From positions 128,001-192,000 of the forward strand of contig CAWCUS010000006.1 in assembly GCA_963798845.1 (NCBI GenBank): DNA of 64,000 bases. Direction: 5' to 3'. Both the position numbers and the translations under genes were made by a program. Shown here in pieces: positions 46,939 to 57,244 of the stretch. Below the pieces are notes generated by a model that ran no database searches, was not told the origin of the DNA, and saw nothing but the letters and a program-made list of their open reading frames with translations. This DNA comes from an uncultured Gemmatimonadales bacterium (GTDB lineage: Bacteria > Gemmatimonadota > Gemmatimonadetes > Longimicrobiales > RSA9). Each line of letters opens with the position of its first letter. Positions within the stretch are counted from its first letter, which is position 1.

Positions 46939-49320
46939 ATGAACGAGACCAAGCTGGCGGAGCAGCCGCGTACTGCAGCGCTCCGCGACGATCTGGAGTA
47001 CCGCCCCCCATACCTGGGCGCCGCCCTCGCGGCCCTGGCCGTGTGGATCCTGTACGCGCTAACGCTGGCGCCCACCACCGGGTTCTGGGACACGAGCGAG
47101 TACATCGCCACCGCCCACATCCTCGGGATCCCACACCCGCCGGGGAACCCCACGTTCGTCGTGCTCGCCCGGGCATGGGAGCTTCTCCTGGCTCCGTTCG
47201 GGCTATCGGTGGCTGCACGGGTCAACCTGTTCAGCGCCACCATGAGCGCTCTGGCCCACGGCTGCTGGTTCCTCGTGGCCCACCGCATCGTGGCGTCCTT
47301 CACCCGCGACCGCAGGCTGCGGCTGCTCGGTGCCGCGCTCGCGGTCCTGGTGAGCGCCACCGCGTTCACCGTGTGGGCGCAGTCCAATTTGAACGAGAAG
47401 GTCTACACGGTCTCCCTTTTCACGATCGCGCTGCTGAGCTGGCTGACGTTCCTCTGGCGGGACAACATTGGGAAGGGGAAGGATGACAATCTCATCCTGC
47501 TCATGATCTTCATCCTGGCGCTGTCGGTGGGGAATCATCTCATGGCCTTCCTGGCGGCGCCGGCCATTCTGGTGTTCATCCTGCTCGTCGAGCCGCGCAC
47601 GCTGCTCAACTGGAAGCTGTACGCCTTCGGCGCGGCCGTGGCAGTGCTCGGGCTCTCGATCCACCTGTTCCTCCCGATCCGCGCCTCCCTCGACCCCGTG
47701 ATCAACGAGGCCGATCCGAGCACCCTGCACGCGCTCCTGGAATCGCTGGCGCGCAAGCAGTACGACAAGCCATCCGTGTTCACGAACCCCACGGACCTGG
47801 CCATGCCGCGCAGCATGCCGCTCATCCTGGCGCAGATAGGGAACTATCTCCAGTACTTCGATTGGCAGTGGGCGCGCGGGCTCAACTTCGCGCGGTCGCT
47901 CTTCGGCGGACTGGGCCAGAACCCGCCGGGCGGTGCGCCGATCCGGCCGCTCGTCACCCTGATCTTCGTGGCCGTGGGCGCATACGGGGCGTACGAGCAC
48001 TTCCTGCGCGACCGGACGAGCTGGTGGTACGTGGTGATCCTCTTCGCGACGGTCTCCATCGGCCTCGTGGGGTACCTGAACTTCAAGTACGGCTACACGT
48101 ACCCGCAGCCGGGCGCTGGCTACGACATCGAGCTGCACGAGGTCCGCGAGCGCGACTACTTCTTCATCGTCAGCTTCAGCATCTGGGGGCTGTGGTCCGG
48201 CCTGGGCATCTTCACCCTGTGGCGCCGAATGGCGGAGGTGCTCGGGGAGAAGGTGAGCTCGCTGGCGAGCGGTCGGAAGCGGAGGCTGGCTGCGTCGCCC
48301 GTGCTGGTGCTGGCGCTGTTGCCGCTGCTGCTGAACTGGAAGTACGCGGACCGGAGCCACCAGTACATGGCCCGGGACTGGGCGTACAACATGCTCATGA
48401 GCGTGGAGCCGTACGGAGTGCTCTTCACCAACGGCGACAACGACACGTTCCCGCTCTGGTACGTGCAGGAGGTGGAAGGGATCCGACGAGACGTCACGGT
48501 CATCGTCATGAGCTACCTCAACACGCCGTGGTATGCCAAGCAGATCAAGGCGCTGACGCAGCCGTGCCCCGCCGGCGTCGATCCCCTGGCGGACCCCACC
48601 CGGATCGCCTGCCAGCGGCCGTTCCAGCCGGAAAGGGACGCGCAGGTCTACGCGGCGCCCTCAGGGTCGCCGCTGGACAGCGCCGGCATGCCGGTGACGG
48701 GCATGGCGCGGCCCGCGTGGACGAGGCCGGACCGGTCCATCCTGCCCAGGTCGGACGCGTGGATCGACTCGATCCCGAACGTCTATGCCGCCAATCCGTA
48801 CAATTTCCTGATCCAGGAGCCGATGACACTGGAGGCGGACAGCCTCCGCTTCACGATACCCGGGAACCGTGTGCTGCTCCCGGCCGACGTGTTCATGCTG
48901 AACATCATCCAGAACTCGCTCGGTGACCGGCCGGTGTACTTCGCGACCACGACGCAGGCCTACGACCGGGTCGGCCTGAGCGACCACCTGGTGAGGCAGG
49001 GGCTGGCACTCAAGCTGTTCGACGGCGATCTGAAGCCCGACTCGACCGCCGGCATCTTCGCCATCCCGCCGAGCACGCAGATTCCCGGCGAATACGTGGA
49101 TCTCCCGGCCACGGACACGCTCCTCTGGAACGTCTTCGTCCACCGGGGCGGGATCCCGGATGAGTGGGACTTCTGGCCGGAGCCTTCCACCAAGAACATC
49201 CCGTGGTACTACGTCTACGCCCACTACGCGGCGTACACCGCCCACGTGCAGCTCGGGGAGGAGGAGAAGGCGCAGCGGCATTACGAGCGGATCGAAGCGT
49301 GGACCAGGCTGGCCCAGTAG
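46939..49320 (+). CDS. DUF2723 / TMEM260-like GT-C membrane glycosyltransferase
   Basis: LTLAPT..WDTSEY...LGIPHPPG.P, NH motif, EVRERDYFF, FTNGDNDTFPLWY, LNTPWY; many TM helices. Confidence 0.88.
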   Translation: MNETKLAEQPRTAALRDDLEYRPPYLGAALAALAVWILYALTLAPTTGFWDTSEYIATAHILGIPHPPGNPTFVVLARAWELLLAPFGLSVAARVNLFSATMSALAHGCWFLVAHRIVASFTRDRRLRLLGAALAVLVSATAFTVWAQSNLNEKVYTVSLFTIALLSWLTFLWRDNIGKGKDDNLILLMIFILALSVGNHLMAFLAAPAILVFILLVEPRTLLNWKLYAFGAAVAVLGLSIHLFLPIRASLDPVINEADPSTLHALLESLARKQYDKPSVFTNPTDLAMPRSMPLILAQIGNYLQYFDWQWARGLNFARSLFGGLGQNPPGGAPIRPLVTLIFVAVGAYGAYEHFLRDRTSWWYVVILFATVSIGLVGYLNFKYGYTYPQPGAGYDIELHEVRERDYFFIVSFSIWGLWSGLGIFTLWRRMAEVLGEKVSSLASGRKRRLAASPVLVLALLPLLLNWKYADRSHQYMARDWAYNMLMSVEPYGVLFTNGDNDTFPLWYVQEVEGIRRDVTVIVMSYLNTPWYAKQIKALTQPCPAGVDPLADPTRIACQRPFQPERDAQVYAAPSGSPLDSAGMPVTGMARPAWTRPDRSILPRSDAWIDSIPNVYAANPYNFLIQEPMTLEADSLRFTIPGNRVLLPADVFMLNIIQNSLGDRPVYFATTTQAYDRVGLSDHLVRQGLALKLFDGDLKPDSTAGIFAIPPSTQIPGEYVDLPATDTLLWNVFVHRGGIPDEWDFWPEPSTKNIPWYYVYAHYAAYTAHVQLGEEEKAQRHYERIEAWTRLAQ

Positions 49321-50204
49321 CCCGGCCGGCGCTGGGCGCGGTCATGGTCATCGGGGCTGCCTCGCTCTGGGGCAGCCTCGGTCTTTTCGGGCGCCTCGCG
49401 TTCGCCCACGGCGCTTCGCCGCTCCAGGTCGGGTCCATCCGCGCGGCCTTGGCGTTCGTGGGCATCCTCCCCTTCGTCCTGGCGCGGCCTCGCCTCCTGC
49501 GCGTCCGCCCCACGGACGTGCCGCTCCTGGTCGGGTACGGCGCCGTCGGCGTCGGTTTCTTCTACTATGTGTACCTCGAGGCCGTGGCGCGCCTGCCGCT
49601 GGCCATGGCCGCGGCGCTCCTGTACACCGCGCCCGCCTTCGTGGTGGCCTTCGCCTGGACGCTGCGCTGGGAGCCGGTGCGTACACGCCGTCTGATCCCG
49701 CTGGCGATGGTGCTGGTGGGCGTGTTCGTGGTCACGGGCGCGTTCAGGGCGCTGGACGGCGGCGTGAGCGGGGTCGGGGCCGCGGCGGGAGTGGCGAGCG
49801 GCGTCGCCTACGCGCTCTACACGGTGCTCGGGAAGCGGATCCGCGCCCGCTACGACGTGCTCACCACGATCGTTTACGCCTACGGCGTGGGCGCGCTGGC
49901 TCTCGCCTTCGCCTCTCCGCCCTGGGTGGTGCTGGTGGAGCACCCGGATGCCACCGGCCTGCTGCTCCTCATGGGACTGGGGCCCACGCTCCTCGCCGCT
50001 CTCCTCTTCTACGGCGGCCTCCGTCACATTGACGCCAGCGCCGCCAGCATGCTGGCCACCATCGAGCCCGTGGTCGCCGCCTTCCTCGGGCTGGCCTGGC
50101 TGGGGGAGCGGCTGCCCTGGAGCACGTTGGCGGGCACCGCCCTGATCCTCGCCGCCGCCGTGCTCCTGCGCCCCGGCGGCGGGGGCGCCGTCAGCCCGCG
50201 GTAA
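49299..50204 (+). CDS. EamA/DMT family transporter
   Basis: About 10 TM helices, LLYTAP, ASMLATIEPVVAA, GE.L; start uncertain (GTG 49299 or ATG 49344). Confidence 0.88.
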   Translation: MDQAGPVARPALGAVMVIGAASLWGSLGLFGRLAFAHGASPLQVGSIRAALAFVGILPFVLARPRLLRVRPTDVPLLVGYGAVGVGFFYYVYLEAVARLPLAMAAALLYTAPAFVVAFAWTLRWEPVRTRRLIPLAMVLVGVFVVTGAFRALDGGVSGVGAAAGVASGVAYALYTVLGKRIRARYDVLTTIVYAYGVGALALAFASPPWVVLVEHPDATGLLLLMGLGPTLLAALLFYGGLRHIDASAASMLATIEPVVAAFLGLAWLGERLPWSTLAGTALILAAAVLLRPGGGGAVSPR

Positions 50205-52623
50205 CGGATGCGGGCGTGAGGCGCTCGTCTTCGGACCCGACCACGCTGGCGCCCGTGCGCTCGTCGAAGCGGCAGCGGATGACGTGGTCCATGCCGTCGC
50301 GGATCCCTTCGATGTGCGTGATCAGGATCACCTGCTCGAACCGGCCGGTGAGCGTGTGCAGGAGCTGGATCACGTTGTCGCGCCGGTCCACGTCCAGCGA
50401 TCCGAAGACTTCGTCCAGAATGAGCACGCCCACGGGGAGGCCCGCCCGCTCTGCGATCATCTGGCTGATGGCCAGACGGAGGACCAGGTTGGCGATGTCC
50501 TCCTCGCCGCCGCTGATCACGGGCTTCTCCTCGCCTTCGTCGAGGACCAGGACGTTGTAGGCGTCGTCGATCTCGAGGGCGGCGTAACGGCCGGCGGTGA
50601 TGTCGGAGAGGAAGGAGCTGGCGAGCTCGCTCAGCTCCGGACGGACGCGGGCGTTCAGCTGGAGCCGGAGCTGGCTGAACGCCGCATCCAGCTCGCCGTT
50701 GTGCAGCCGCTCGAGCTCGAGCGCATCCAGCACCGCCTTCTTGACGGCGTAATCAGCTTTGGCCTTCTCCGCGCCCCGCACCAGGTCCTCCGCGGCGTCC
50801 AGCCTCCCATTCGCGGCGGTCAGGCGAAGCTCCGCCCGGCGCTCCGCCTCCGCCACCCGCTCGTGCTCGGCGCGCAGCGCGTCGTGACGCTCGGGATCGA
50901 AGCCCAGCCGGGTGAGCGTCTCCCGCGCCGCCCGGCCCTTCTGTTCCGCCGCGGCTCGCCGGCCCATCACCTCGGCCCGCTCCCGCTCCAGCGGCGCTCG
51001 CCTCGAGGCCGCAGCTTCCAGCCGCATGGCGCGCCGTTCCACGTCCCGCAGCAGCTCCAGCCGCTCCTCAGCCGAGCGGTGCGCGGCCGCATCGTAGCCG
51101 GTGGGTAGCTTCGAGAGCTCCGATTCCTGCCGCTCGAGGCGGCTCCGCTTGCGGGCCAGCTCGGCCGACAGCTTCCCGCTCTCTTCTGCCGCCTGCTCGG
51201 AGCGGTTGAGCTTCTCCGTCCGCGACTCGACCCCCGCCTGGAGCTCGGCTCTGCGGCTCTCCGCCTCCTCGAGCGGCCCCGGCTTCCGCTCCAGCTGTCC
51301 TTCACGCTTCTTCAGCCACTTGCCATCCTGGACGAGGGACTCCCATTCGTCCTCCAGTGAGCGCATCACCTGGTCGTAATGGTCGTGGAGGGGGCGCCCG
51401 CATGTCGGGCACGTCCCTCTGGCCCCTGCCTCCCGGAGCTGGTCCAGCTGCTGCTGCAGCTCGGCCGTGCGGTCCTTGTAGGTCTGGAGCCGCGTCCTCA
51501 CCTCCTGGCGACCCTGCTGCCAGGCATCCCGCTCCCGTTCCGCGCTGGCCTCCACGTCCGACAGCTCGCGACGCAGCTCCTCGATCTCGGCCCGGAAGCG
51601 CTCCACGAACTCCGGGGCCCGTGCCAGCGCCTCCAGCCTGCGCTCCCCTTCCTCCACTTCCGATCTCAGCTGCCGCACGGTTTCATCGAGGACCCGCCGC
51701 CGCTCGTCCAGGCGGGCGAGCTCCGACAGCCGCTCGCACTGCTGCACCAGCTCGGGGAGCGGTGACAGCTCTTCGCGGAGCGCGGCCAGCTCCTGCTCGG
51801 CCTTCGCGACCTCCTCGAGCTCTTCCTCCGCCCGACCGACGGCCCGCACGGCATCCCGGTACTCCTGCGCTGCCATCTCCCGCTCGTGCTCCAGCTCCGA
51901 CGCCTGCTCCTGGGAGGCCCGGGTTTCCGCCCACTGCGGCTCCAGTGCTTCCAGCGCCGCCACCGCCCGGCCGAGCTCCGTGCGTGCGGCGTCCACCGCC
52001 GCCCTCGCCTCCTCGCGACGTCCTCTGGCGCCCTCCAGCTCACCGCGCAGCTCGGTGGGGTCGGGCAGCCCGGCGCGCAGCCCCTCGATCTCGTGGCGGA
52101 GGTCGTTGCGGCGAGCACGGGCGCGCTCCTGCGCCAGCCGGAGCCGCTCGTAGCCCAGCACCTGGGCGAAGAAGCGGCCGCGGTCGGTGGGCCCCATCTG
52201 CGCCAGGAACTGGAGCTCCTTCTGTCCGGTGAAGTAGGTGTTGAAGAACTCGTCCCGGGTCATCCCGAGGCGGTGCTGGAGGTAGTCGGATGCGCCGCGG
52301 AGGGTGGTGGCCACCGGGTCGTCGCCGCCGTCGATGAAAACGTCGGCCGTCGTGAGCGTACGCACGACCCGGTACGTGTGGCCGCCGAGCCCGAGCTCCA
52401 GCTCCACCCGCACGGTGCTCCGCGGCTCCGCCCGGGTGAAGCGGATCGTCTCGTTCGTCCCGCGGGCCGCCGACGCCCCGTAAATCCCCCACGCAATGGC
52501 TTCGAGCAGCGTGCTCTTCCCGGCACCGTTCGGACCGATGATGCCCGTGACGCCCGCGCCGAACTCGATGCAGGTGTCCGCATGCTGCCGGAAGTTCAGG
52601 AGTCGCAGGCGGTCGATCCTCAC
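50191..52623 (-). CDS. sbcC: Rad50/SbcC-type SMC ATPase
   Basis: Walker A GPNGAGKS, long coiled coil with Zn-hook CPTC, signature SGGE, Walker B ILDEVFGSLD, ITH. Confidence 0.9.
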   Translation of the reverse strand: MRIDRLRLLNFRQHADTCIEFGAGVTGIIGPNGAGKSTLLEAIAWGIYGASAARGTNETIRFTRAEPRSTVRVELELGLGGHTYRVVRTLTTADVFIDGGDDPVATTLRGASDYLQHRLGMTRDEFFNTYFTGQKELQFLAQMGPTDRGRFFAQVLGYERLRLAQERARARRNDLRHEIEGLRAGLPDPTELRGELEGARGRREEARAAVDAARTELGRAVAALEALEPQWAETRASQEQASELEHEREMAAQEYRDAVRAVGRAEEELEEVAKAEQELAALREELSPLPELVQQCERLSELARLDERRRVLDETVRQLRSEVEEGERRLEALARAPEFVERFRAEIEELRRELSDVEASAERERDAWQQGRQEVRTRLQTYKDRTAELQQQLDQLREAGARGTCPTCGRPLHDHYDQVMRSLEDEWESLVQDGKWLKKREGQLERKPGPLEEAESRRAELQAGVESRTEKLNRSEQAAEESGKLSAELARKRSRLERQESELSKLPTGYDAAAHRSAEERLELLRDVERRAMRLEAAASRRAPLERERAEVMGRRAAAEQKGRAARETLTRLGFDPERHDALRAEHERVAEAERRAELRLTAANGRLDAAEDLVRGAEKAKADYAVKKAVLDALELERLHNGELDAAFSQLRLQLNARVRPELSELASSFLSDITAGRYAALEIDDAYNVLVLDEGEEKPVISGGEEDIANLVLRLAISQMIAERAGLPVGVLILDEVFGSLDVDRRDNVIQLLHTLTGRFEQVILITHIEGIRDGMDHVIRCRFDERTGASVVGSEDERLTPASVTAG

Positions 52624-53918
52624 CCGTTCCCCTCCCCCGTTCGGCCCCCGTCCCCGCCGGCGCCGTCCCCGTCCTCTGCCGGCGCGGCCGGCTCCGGTCC
52701 CGCAGGGGCGAAGTCCGCTCCGCCCGAACCGGTCTGCTCCCGCCAGTCTTCCGCCGCGGACAGGTACTCCGAGCCCAGCACCAGCAGCCGCTCGAGCTCG
52801 ATCCCGGGCGCCGTGGTCCGCCAGGTGGAGAGGAACCGCTCCAGCTCCTGCTCGAGCGTCAGCCGGCGACGGTCCGCTACGAGATCGTCGCCCACCGCCC
52901 CGGCCCGGCTGTCCGGCCGCCGCGCATCCACCTGGAAGTGGACGGCTTCCGCTTTCAGCGCGCGGATGCGGCCGTGGTCGAGCTGCCGGAGGAGCTCCCT
53001 GGGCATGTCGGTGATCACCTGCCGCACGATCTTCCCGGCCACCCCACCCGACAAAGCGGCCACCGCGTCGTTGATGCGCGCGTTCACCTCCTCCGCCGGT
53101 AGCCACGACCCATCCGCAGCGCGCGCGCCGAAGCGTGGCAGGTCCACGACTTCTCGCGTGCGCACGTCCCGGAACTCGCCCTCGCCCCGGTCCACGTCGA
53201 ACAGGACCCACCCCTTCCGGGTGCCCGCCTCCGCCCACACGTTCGTGACCGTGTGCTCCGTGGCACCAGCATACCACACGTTCGGCGCGATCCGCGTGGC
53301 ATCGTGGTAATGGCCCAGGGCCACGTAGTCCCAGTCGTCCTCGCGGAGCGCGCTCCGCTCCAGCTGCGCGCCCCCGTATTCCACGAGCCGGAGCAGCCGC
53401 TCGTCCACCCCGGTGCCGGTGACGGTCCCGTGCAGCATGAGGACGTTCACGCCCGCGGTCGGATCGGGCTCGGCTTCGGCCGCGGCCCCGGCAATGAGGG
53501 CCTGGTGGGGGAGGCAATGCACGGCGACGCCTCCCCCATCGAGCCTCACCGTCCGCGCCTCGGCATCCACGACGTGAATCTCCGGGATCTCCGACAGCAG
53601 GCGCAGGATACTGCCGGAATCGGCGGAGCGCGGGGAATCGTGGTTGCCGGCGATGATGACCACCGGCGTGCCCGGCAGCCCGTGCCGGAGTCGCATGAAG
53701 AGGCGGAAGCCGTCCATGATGGCGGCGTTCGGCGGGCGGACGGTATGGAAGACGTCGCCGGCGACGAGCACCACGTCCGGCGACGCGGCCACGACCTGAT
53801 CCACGGCCCGGCCCGCCGCTTCGGCCACATCACGCTCCCGCTGGTTCATCCCCCCGCGCGCCTGACGGTGGTAGGCGCGATAGCCGAGGTGCAGGTCGGC
53901 GAGGTGGGCGATCCTCAA
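52620..53918 (-). CDS. sbcD: Mre11/SbcD-type metallophosphoesterase nuclease
   Basis: HLADLHLG, AGDVF, AGNHD, MLHG, YVALGHYH, YAG..E, KGW. Confidence 0.9.
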   Translation of the reverse strand: MRIAHLADLHLGYRAYHRQARGGMNQRERDVAEAAGRAVDQVVAASPDVVLVAGDVFHTVRPPNAAIMDGFRLFMRLRHGLPGTPVVIIAGNHDSPRSADSGSILRLLSEIPEIHVVDAEARTVRLDGGGVAVHCLPHQALIAGAAAEAEPDPTAGVNVLMLHGTVTGTGVDERLLRLVEYGGAQLERSALREDDWDYVALGHYHDATRIAPNVWYAGATEHTVTNVWAEAGTRKGWVLFDVDRGEGEFRDVRTREVVDLPRFGARAADGSWLPAEEVNARINDAVAALSGGVAGKIVRQVITDMPRELLRQLDHGRIRALKAEAVHFQVDARRPDSRAGAVGDDLVADRRRLTLEQELERFLSTWRTTAPGIELERLLVLGSEYLSAAEDWREQTGSGGADFAPAGPEPAAPAEDGDGAGGDGGRTGEGNG

Positions 53919-53919
53919 C

Positions 53920-55236
53920 TCAGCGCAGTCCTTCCCCGGGCACGCCTACCACCTGCCCGTTGATTCCCGAGCCGCCCTCGCCGAGGAGGAACAGCACCAC
54001 GGAGGCCAGCTGCCCGCGGGTCACCCACTTCGTTCCTTCCGGGTCCGCCACCTCGTCCCGGTTCTGTGCCGTGTCCACCATCCCCGGCGCGACCGCGTTC
54101 ACCCGCACGCCGGTCTCGCGCTCCTCCAGCGCCAGCGCGCGGGTGAGCGCCACGACCGCCGCCTTGGCCGCGCTGTAGGCGGCCATACCTTTCGCGGCCC
54201 GCTCCCCGGCGGGCGAGGCGAAGTTGACAATGGCGCCGCGGCTGGCACGCAGCAGCGGCAGCGCCGCCCGGCTCGCCAGGAACGCGGTCCGCGCGTTCGC
54301 ATCCAGCTCCCGCTGCCACGCCTCCGGCGACGTCTCCGACACCGGCCCCGTCGCCCGGAGTCCGCCGGCCACGTTCACCAGCCCGTCCAGCCGACCCCAC
54401 CGCGCATCCACGGCCGCGATCACCGCCGCCGCCCCCGCTTCCTCGGCCAGGTCGGCCGTCACGCCCAGCACGTCCCCGCCCAGCGTTCGGGCCAGCTCCC
54501 CCACATCCTCGCGCCGCGACGTGATCGCCACGCGCCCGCCCTCCGCCACCAGCGCTTCGGCAATGGTGAACCCCACCTGCCCCGGCGAACCCACGCCGGT
54601 GACGAGAAACACCCGCTCTGCCATCCGGCCCTCCTTCCATTCGGCCGACAGCCCGATCTCCAGCCAACCCGCCCCCGTTAGCAGGAGCGCCGCGGCCACG
54701 AACACGGGTCCCGGCGGGAACGCCGGCACCAGCCACGCCGCGGCCACCGCCACCCCGCCGGACACCCCCACCAGCGCGGGCACGACCGCGCCGCCACGCA
54801 CCGCCGAGCCCAGCCGCTTGAGCAGACCCGCGATCGCATAGCCCGGGCTCACGACCAGCACCACCACGCCCAGCGGCGGCGCCCACGGGGCCTTCTGCAG
54901 ATCCGGGTACCGTAGCCATGCCATGGCCACGAACGACGCTGCCACCAGCGCGAGGATCGCGGCCGTCCACCACGCCACTCGCCGCGACGGCGTCGGAGCC
55001 GCGGGCCCGGTGCCCTCCGCCCGCCCGGCCCCTGCGGACTCGACCGGCGCACCCGCCACCCAGACTCCGGCCGCCAGGCTCAGCAACGCCACCGACAGCA
55101 GGAATCCGACCGAGGAGAGCAGCCCTTCGCCCGTGTAGAGGAGGAGCGCGCCGGCGGAGAGCGAGGACACGCCGAGCGCCACCCCCGCCACGAGCGCGGC
55201 GACGGTCCCGGGCCACGTCCGCCCCGCGGCCATCAC
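53920..55236 (-). CDS. Short-chain dehydrogenase/reductase (53920-54624) with an in-frame N-terminal multi-TM domain (possibly two genes)
   Basis: SDR part: VTGVGS.GQVG, LVNVAGG, YSAAK, RVNAVAPG, INGQ. Upstream about 200 aa are hydrophobic. A perfect AAGGAGG precedes the internal ATG at 54624. Confidence 0.8.
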   Translation of the reverse strand: MMAAGRTWPGTVAALVAGVALGVSSLSAGALLLYTGEGLLSSVGFLLSVALLSLAAGVWVAGAPVESAGAGRAEGTGPAAPTPSRRVAWWTAAILALVAASFVAMAWLRYPDLQKAPWAPPLGVVVLVVSPGYAIAGLLKRLGSAVRGGAVVPALVGVSGGVAVAAAWLVPAFPPGPVFVAAALLLTGAGWLEIGLSAEWKEGRMAERVFLVTGVGSPGQVGFTIAEALVAEGGRVAITSRREDVGELARTLGGDVLGVTADLAEEAGAAAVIAAVDARWGRLDGLVNVAGGLRATGPVSETSPEAWQRELDANARTAFLASRAALPLLRASRGAIVNFASPAGERAAKGMAAYSAAKAAVVALTRALALEERETGVRVNAVAPGMVDTAQNRDEVADPEGTKWVTRGQLASVVLFLLGEGGSGINGQVVGVPGEGLR

Positions 55237-55706
55237 GGAGACAGTCGGCCGTAGCCGCCCCGGAAGTAGAGGAGCGGCGCACCCTGATCCGCATCGCCCG
55301 CCACGACCTCGCCCAGGAAGATCGAGTGATCACCGCCGTCGTAGCGCTCCTGCACGCGGCAGTCGAACCAGGCCAGTGCGCGCTCGAGGATCGGGGCGCC
55401 CGTGGTCTCGCGCCGGTATGCCACCCCGTGGAACTTGCGGGACCGGTCGTACTCAGCGAACCGCCGGGCGAGCCCCTCCGCCCGCTCCCCCAACACGTTC
55501 ACTGCGAACGCCCCCGCCCGCTCGATGCACCCGTGCGTGTCCGCTTCCCGACCCACGCAAACCAGGACGAGCGGCGGCTCGAGCGAGAGCGACGCCACGC
55601 TGCTCGCGGTCAGCCCGTACGGCTCCCCGTCGCTCGCCGTGACCACGGTCACGCCCGTTGGCAGGTGCCCGAGGATGCGGCGGAACTCCGCGGATTCCAT
55701 GGACAT
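55233..55706 (-). CDS. Flavin reductase family protein
   Basis: FRRILGHLPTGVTVVT, SLSLEPPLVLVCV, FAVNVL, GGDHSIFLGEV, PLLYFRGGY. Confidence 0.93.
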   Translation of the reverse strand: MSMESAEFRRILGHLPTGVTVVTASDGEPYGLTASSVASLSLEPPLVLVCVGREADTHGCIERAGAFAVNVLGERAEGLARRFAEYDRSRKFHGVAYRRETTGAPILERALAWFDCRVQERYDGGDHSIFLGEVVAGDADQGAPLLYFRGGYGRLSP

Positions 55707-55783
55707 CAGCCTCCTCGCGCCTCTCCGCTCATTGCGTCGGTGAACGACGACTCCGTAACTTCCGCGGGGTGGGAATACATGCG

Positions 55784-56887
55784 ATGGAAATCGGCCTTCT
55801 GCGAGCCGCCGCGCGCACCTGGCGCGTGGCGGCCGTCCTGATGGTAATCGCTCTCACGGGCTGCGACAACGTGGAGTGGGGCGGGGTGGAAGTGGCGGTC
55901 GTCCCGCCTCCGCCCAAGAGCGGCCCCGCCGAGACCCAGCTCGGTGAGGTCGAAGAGCTCCCGCAGGGCGCCATCCTCTACCTCGTCACGCGAGACAGCA
56001 CCCGGACCACTGCCGTCCCCGTCGCCGAGATCGCAGACGGCGAGACCCGCCCGATCCGCATGGGAGACGATCCCAAGACGTACGGGGACCGCTTCATCTC
56101 GTCGTTCCTCCGCGCGGGGGGAGAACTGACCCTCTTCCGGCACGGGCGACGCGCCGGGACCCTCCTCATCGACTCGGCCTCCGTCCAGCCGGCCGGCTGC
56201 ACCGTCCTCCCCGTGGCCGTCGGCCGGGCCGAGCTCTCCGGCCGTACCGGCGACGCCACCGAGTTCCTGGCCATGGCCCGGACCCAGGCCCCCCAGGGAG
56301 TCGTCCTCGCCCCCGATTCGCTCGAAGTCGAGCCGCGCATGCAGGTCGTGGGCAACATCCTCGCCGAGCGTATCCTGCGCGACCGTCACGCCCAGCTTCC
56401 CAACTGGTCCCGCGCCCGCCGCCAGCTCTTCCCCTTCCCCGTGGAAGGCTCTCAGGACCTGGGCTTCACCGCCACCTTCCTCGTGGACGACGCCCTCGAG
56501 GTAGGCGACGACGACCAGGGATACTCCCTCTTCGTCCTCTACACCCCCCAGGCCCAGACGTACGACACCGCCTACGTCGAATTCACCAGCTACACCGCCT
56601 CCGGCAAGGCCGCGCCCCGCGTCGTCGACTTCCTGGATTGGAACCGCGATGGCAGCGTCGAGCTCCTCCTCGATGTCTACGGCACCCGCGACAGCTGGTT
56701 CACCGCCATCGGCAAGACCGAGGGCGGCTGGCAGCAGATCATGAACGCCCGCTGCCCACCTTCCGCCACCGTCACCGACACCAGCGCCGGCCTCCCGGGC
56801 GAACCGGCCCTCGACTCGACCGCCGGGCCGGCCACCACGCCGGACACCACCGCGGCCCCCGGCGACAGCGGAGCCGTCTCGCCCTAG
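55784..56887 (+). CDS. Uncharacterised lipoprotein
   Basis: Lipobox LTGC-DNVEWGG; DWNRDG (FG-GAP/EF-like loop); Thr/Pro/Ala-rich tail. Confidence 0.75.
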   Translation: MEIGLLRAAARTWRVAAVLMVIALTGCDNVEWGGVEVAVVPPPPKSGPAETQLGEVEELPQGAILYLVTRDSTRTTAVPVAEIADGETRPIRMGDDPKTYGDRFISSFLRAGGELTLFRHGRRAGTLLIDSASVQPAGCTVLPVAVGRAELSGRTGDATEFLAMARTQAPQGVVLAPDSLEVEPRMQVVGNILAERILRDRHAQLPNWSRARRQLFPFPVEGSQDLGFTATFLVDDALEVGDDDQGYSLFVLYTPQAQTYDTAYVEFTSYTASGKAAPRVVDFLDWNRDGSVELLLDVYGTRDSWFTAIGKTEGGWQQIMNARCPPSATVTDTSAGLPGEPALDSTAGPATTPDTTAAPGDSGAVSP

Positions 56888-56961
56888 CCGCGGTCGGGCG
56901 AGCGGTGGGTGGAGGCGGCACCCGCCCGCCCCGCCTTGATGCCCCACCGCTCGCCGGGTAC

Positions 56962-57145
56962 CTTTACGGTGACATGACACGGACGGGGTCAACCGGAAGC
57001 CGGTGAGAATCCGGCGCGGCCCCGCCACTGTGAGAGGCCTGGTCCGGCGAAACCGCCGGTCCGGACGGCGCGCTCAGGAAAGCCACTGGGGCTGCGGCCC
57101 CGGGAAGGAGAGCGTCGCCGCCTCGAGCCAGGAGACCGATCCCGC
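56962..57145 (+). ncRNA. Cobalamin riboswitch
   Basis: GGAAGCCGGTGAGAATCCGGCGCGGCCCCGCCACTGT, internal GCCACTGG...GGGAAG, B12 box GAGCCAGGAGACC; directly upstream of the btu genes. Confidence 0.92.
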
Positions 57146-57244
57146 CCGTGCCCGAGCAGACCCTTCGAGGGAGGGGTGCGGGCGCGCGCGGTGTCTCGAC
57201 AACCGCAGGCGGCCCGCCCCCGTACGAGGGAGGCGGGCATTTCA

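Noticed and set aside
50191..53918. SMC plus nuclease as a Wadjet/Lamassu-type defence system
   Set aside because: Mre11 motifs and the Rad50 Zn-hook (CPTC) identify housekeeping SbcCD. There are no kleisin/KITE or effector genes.
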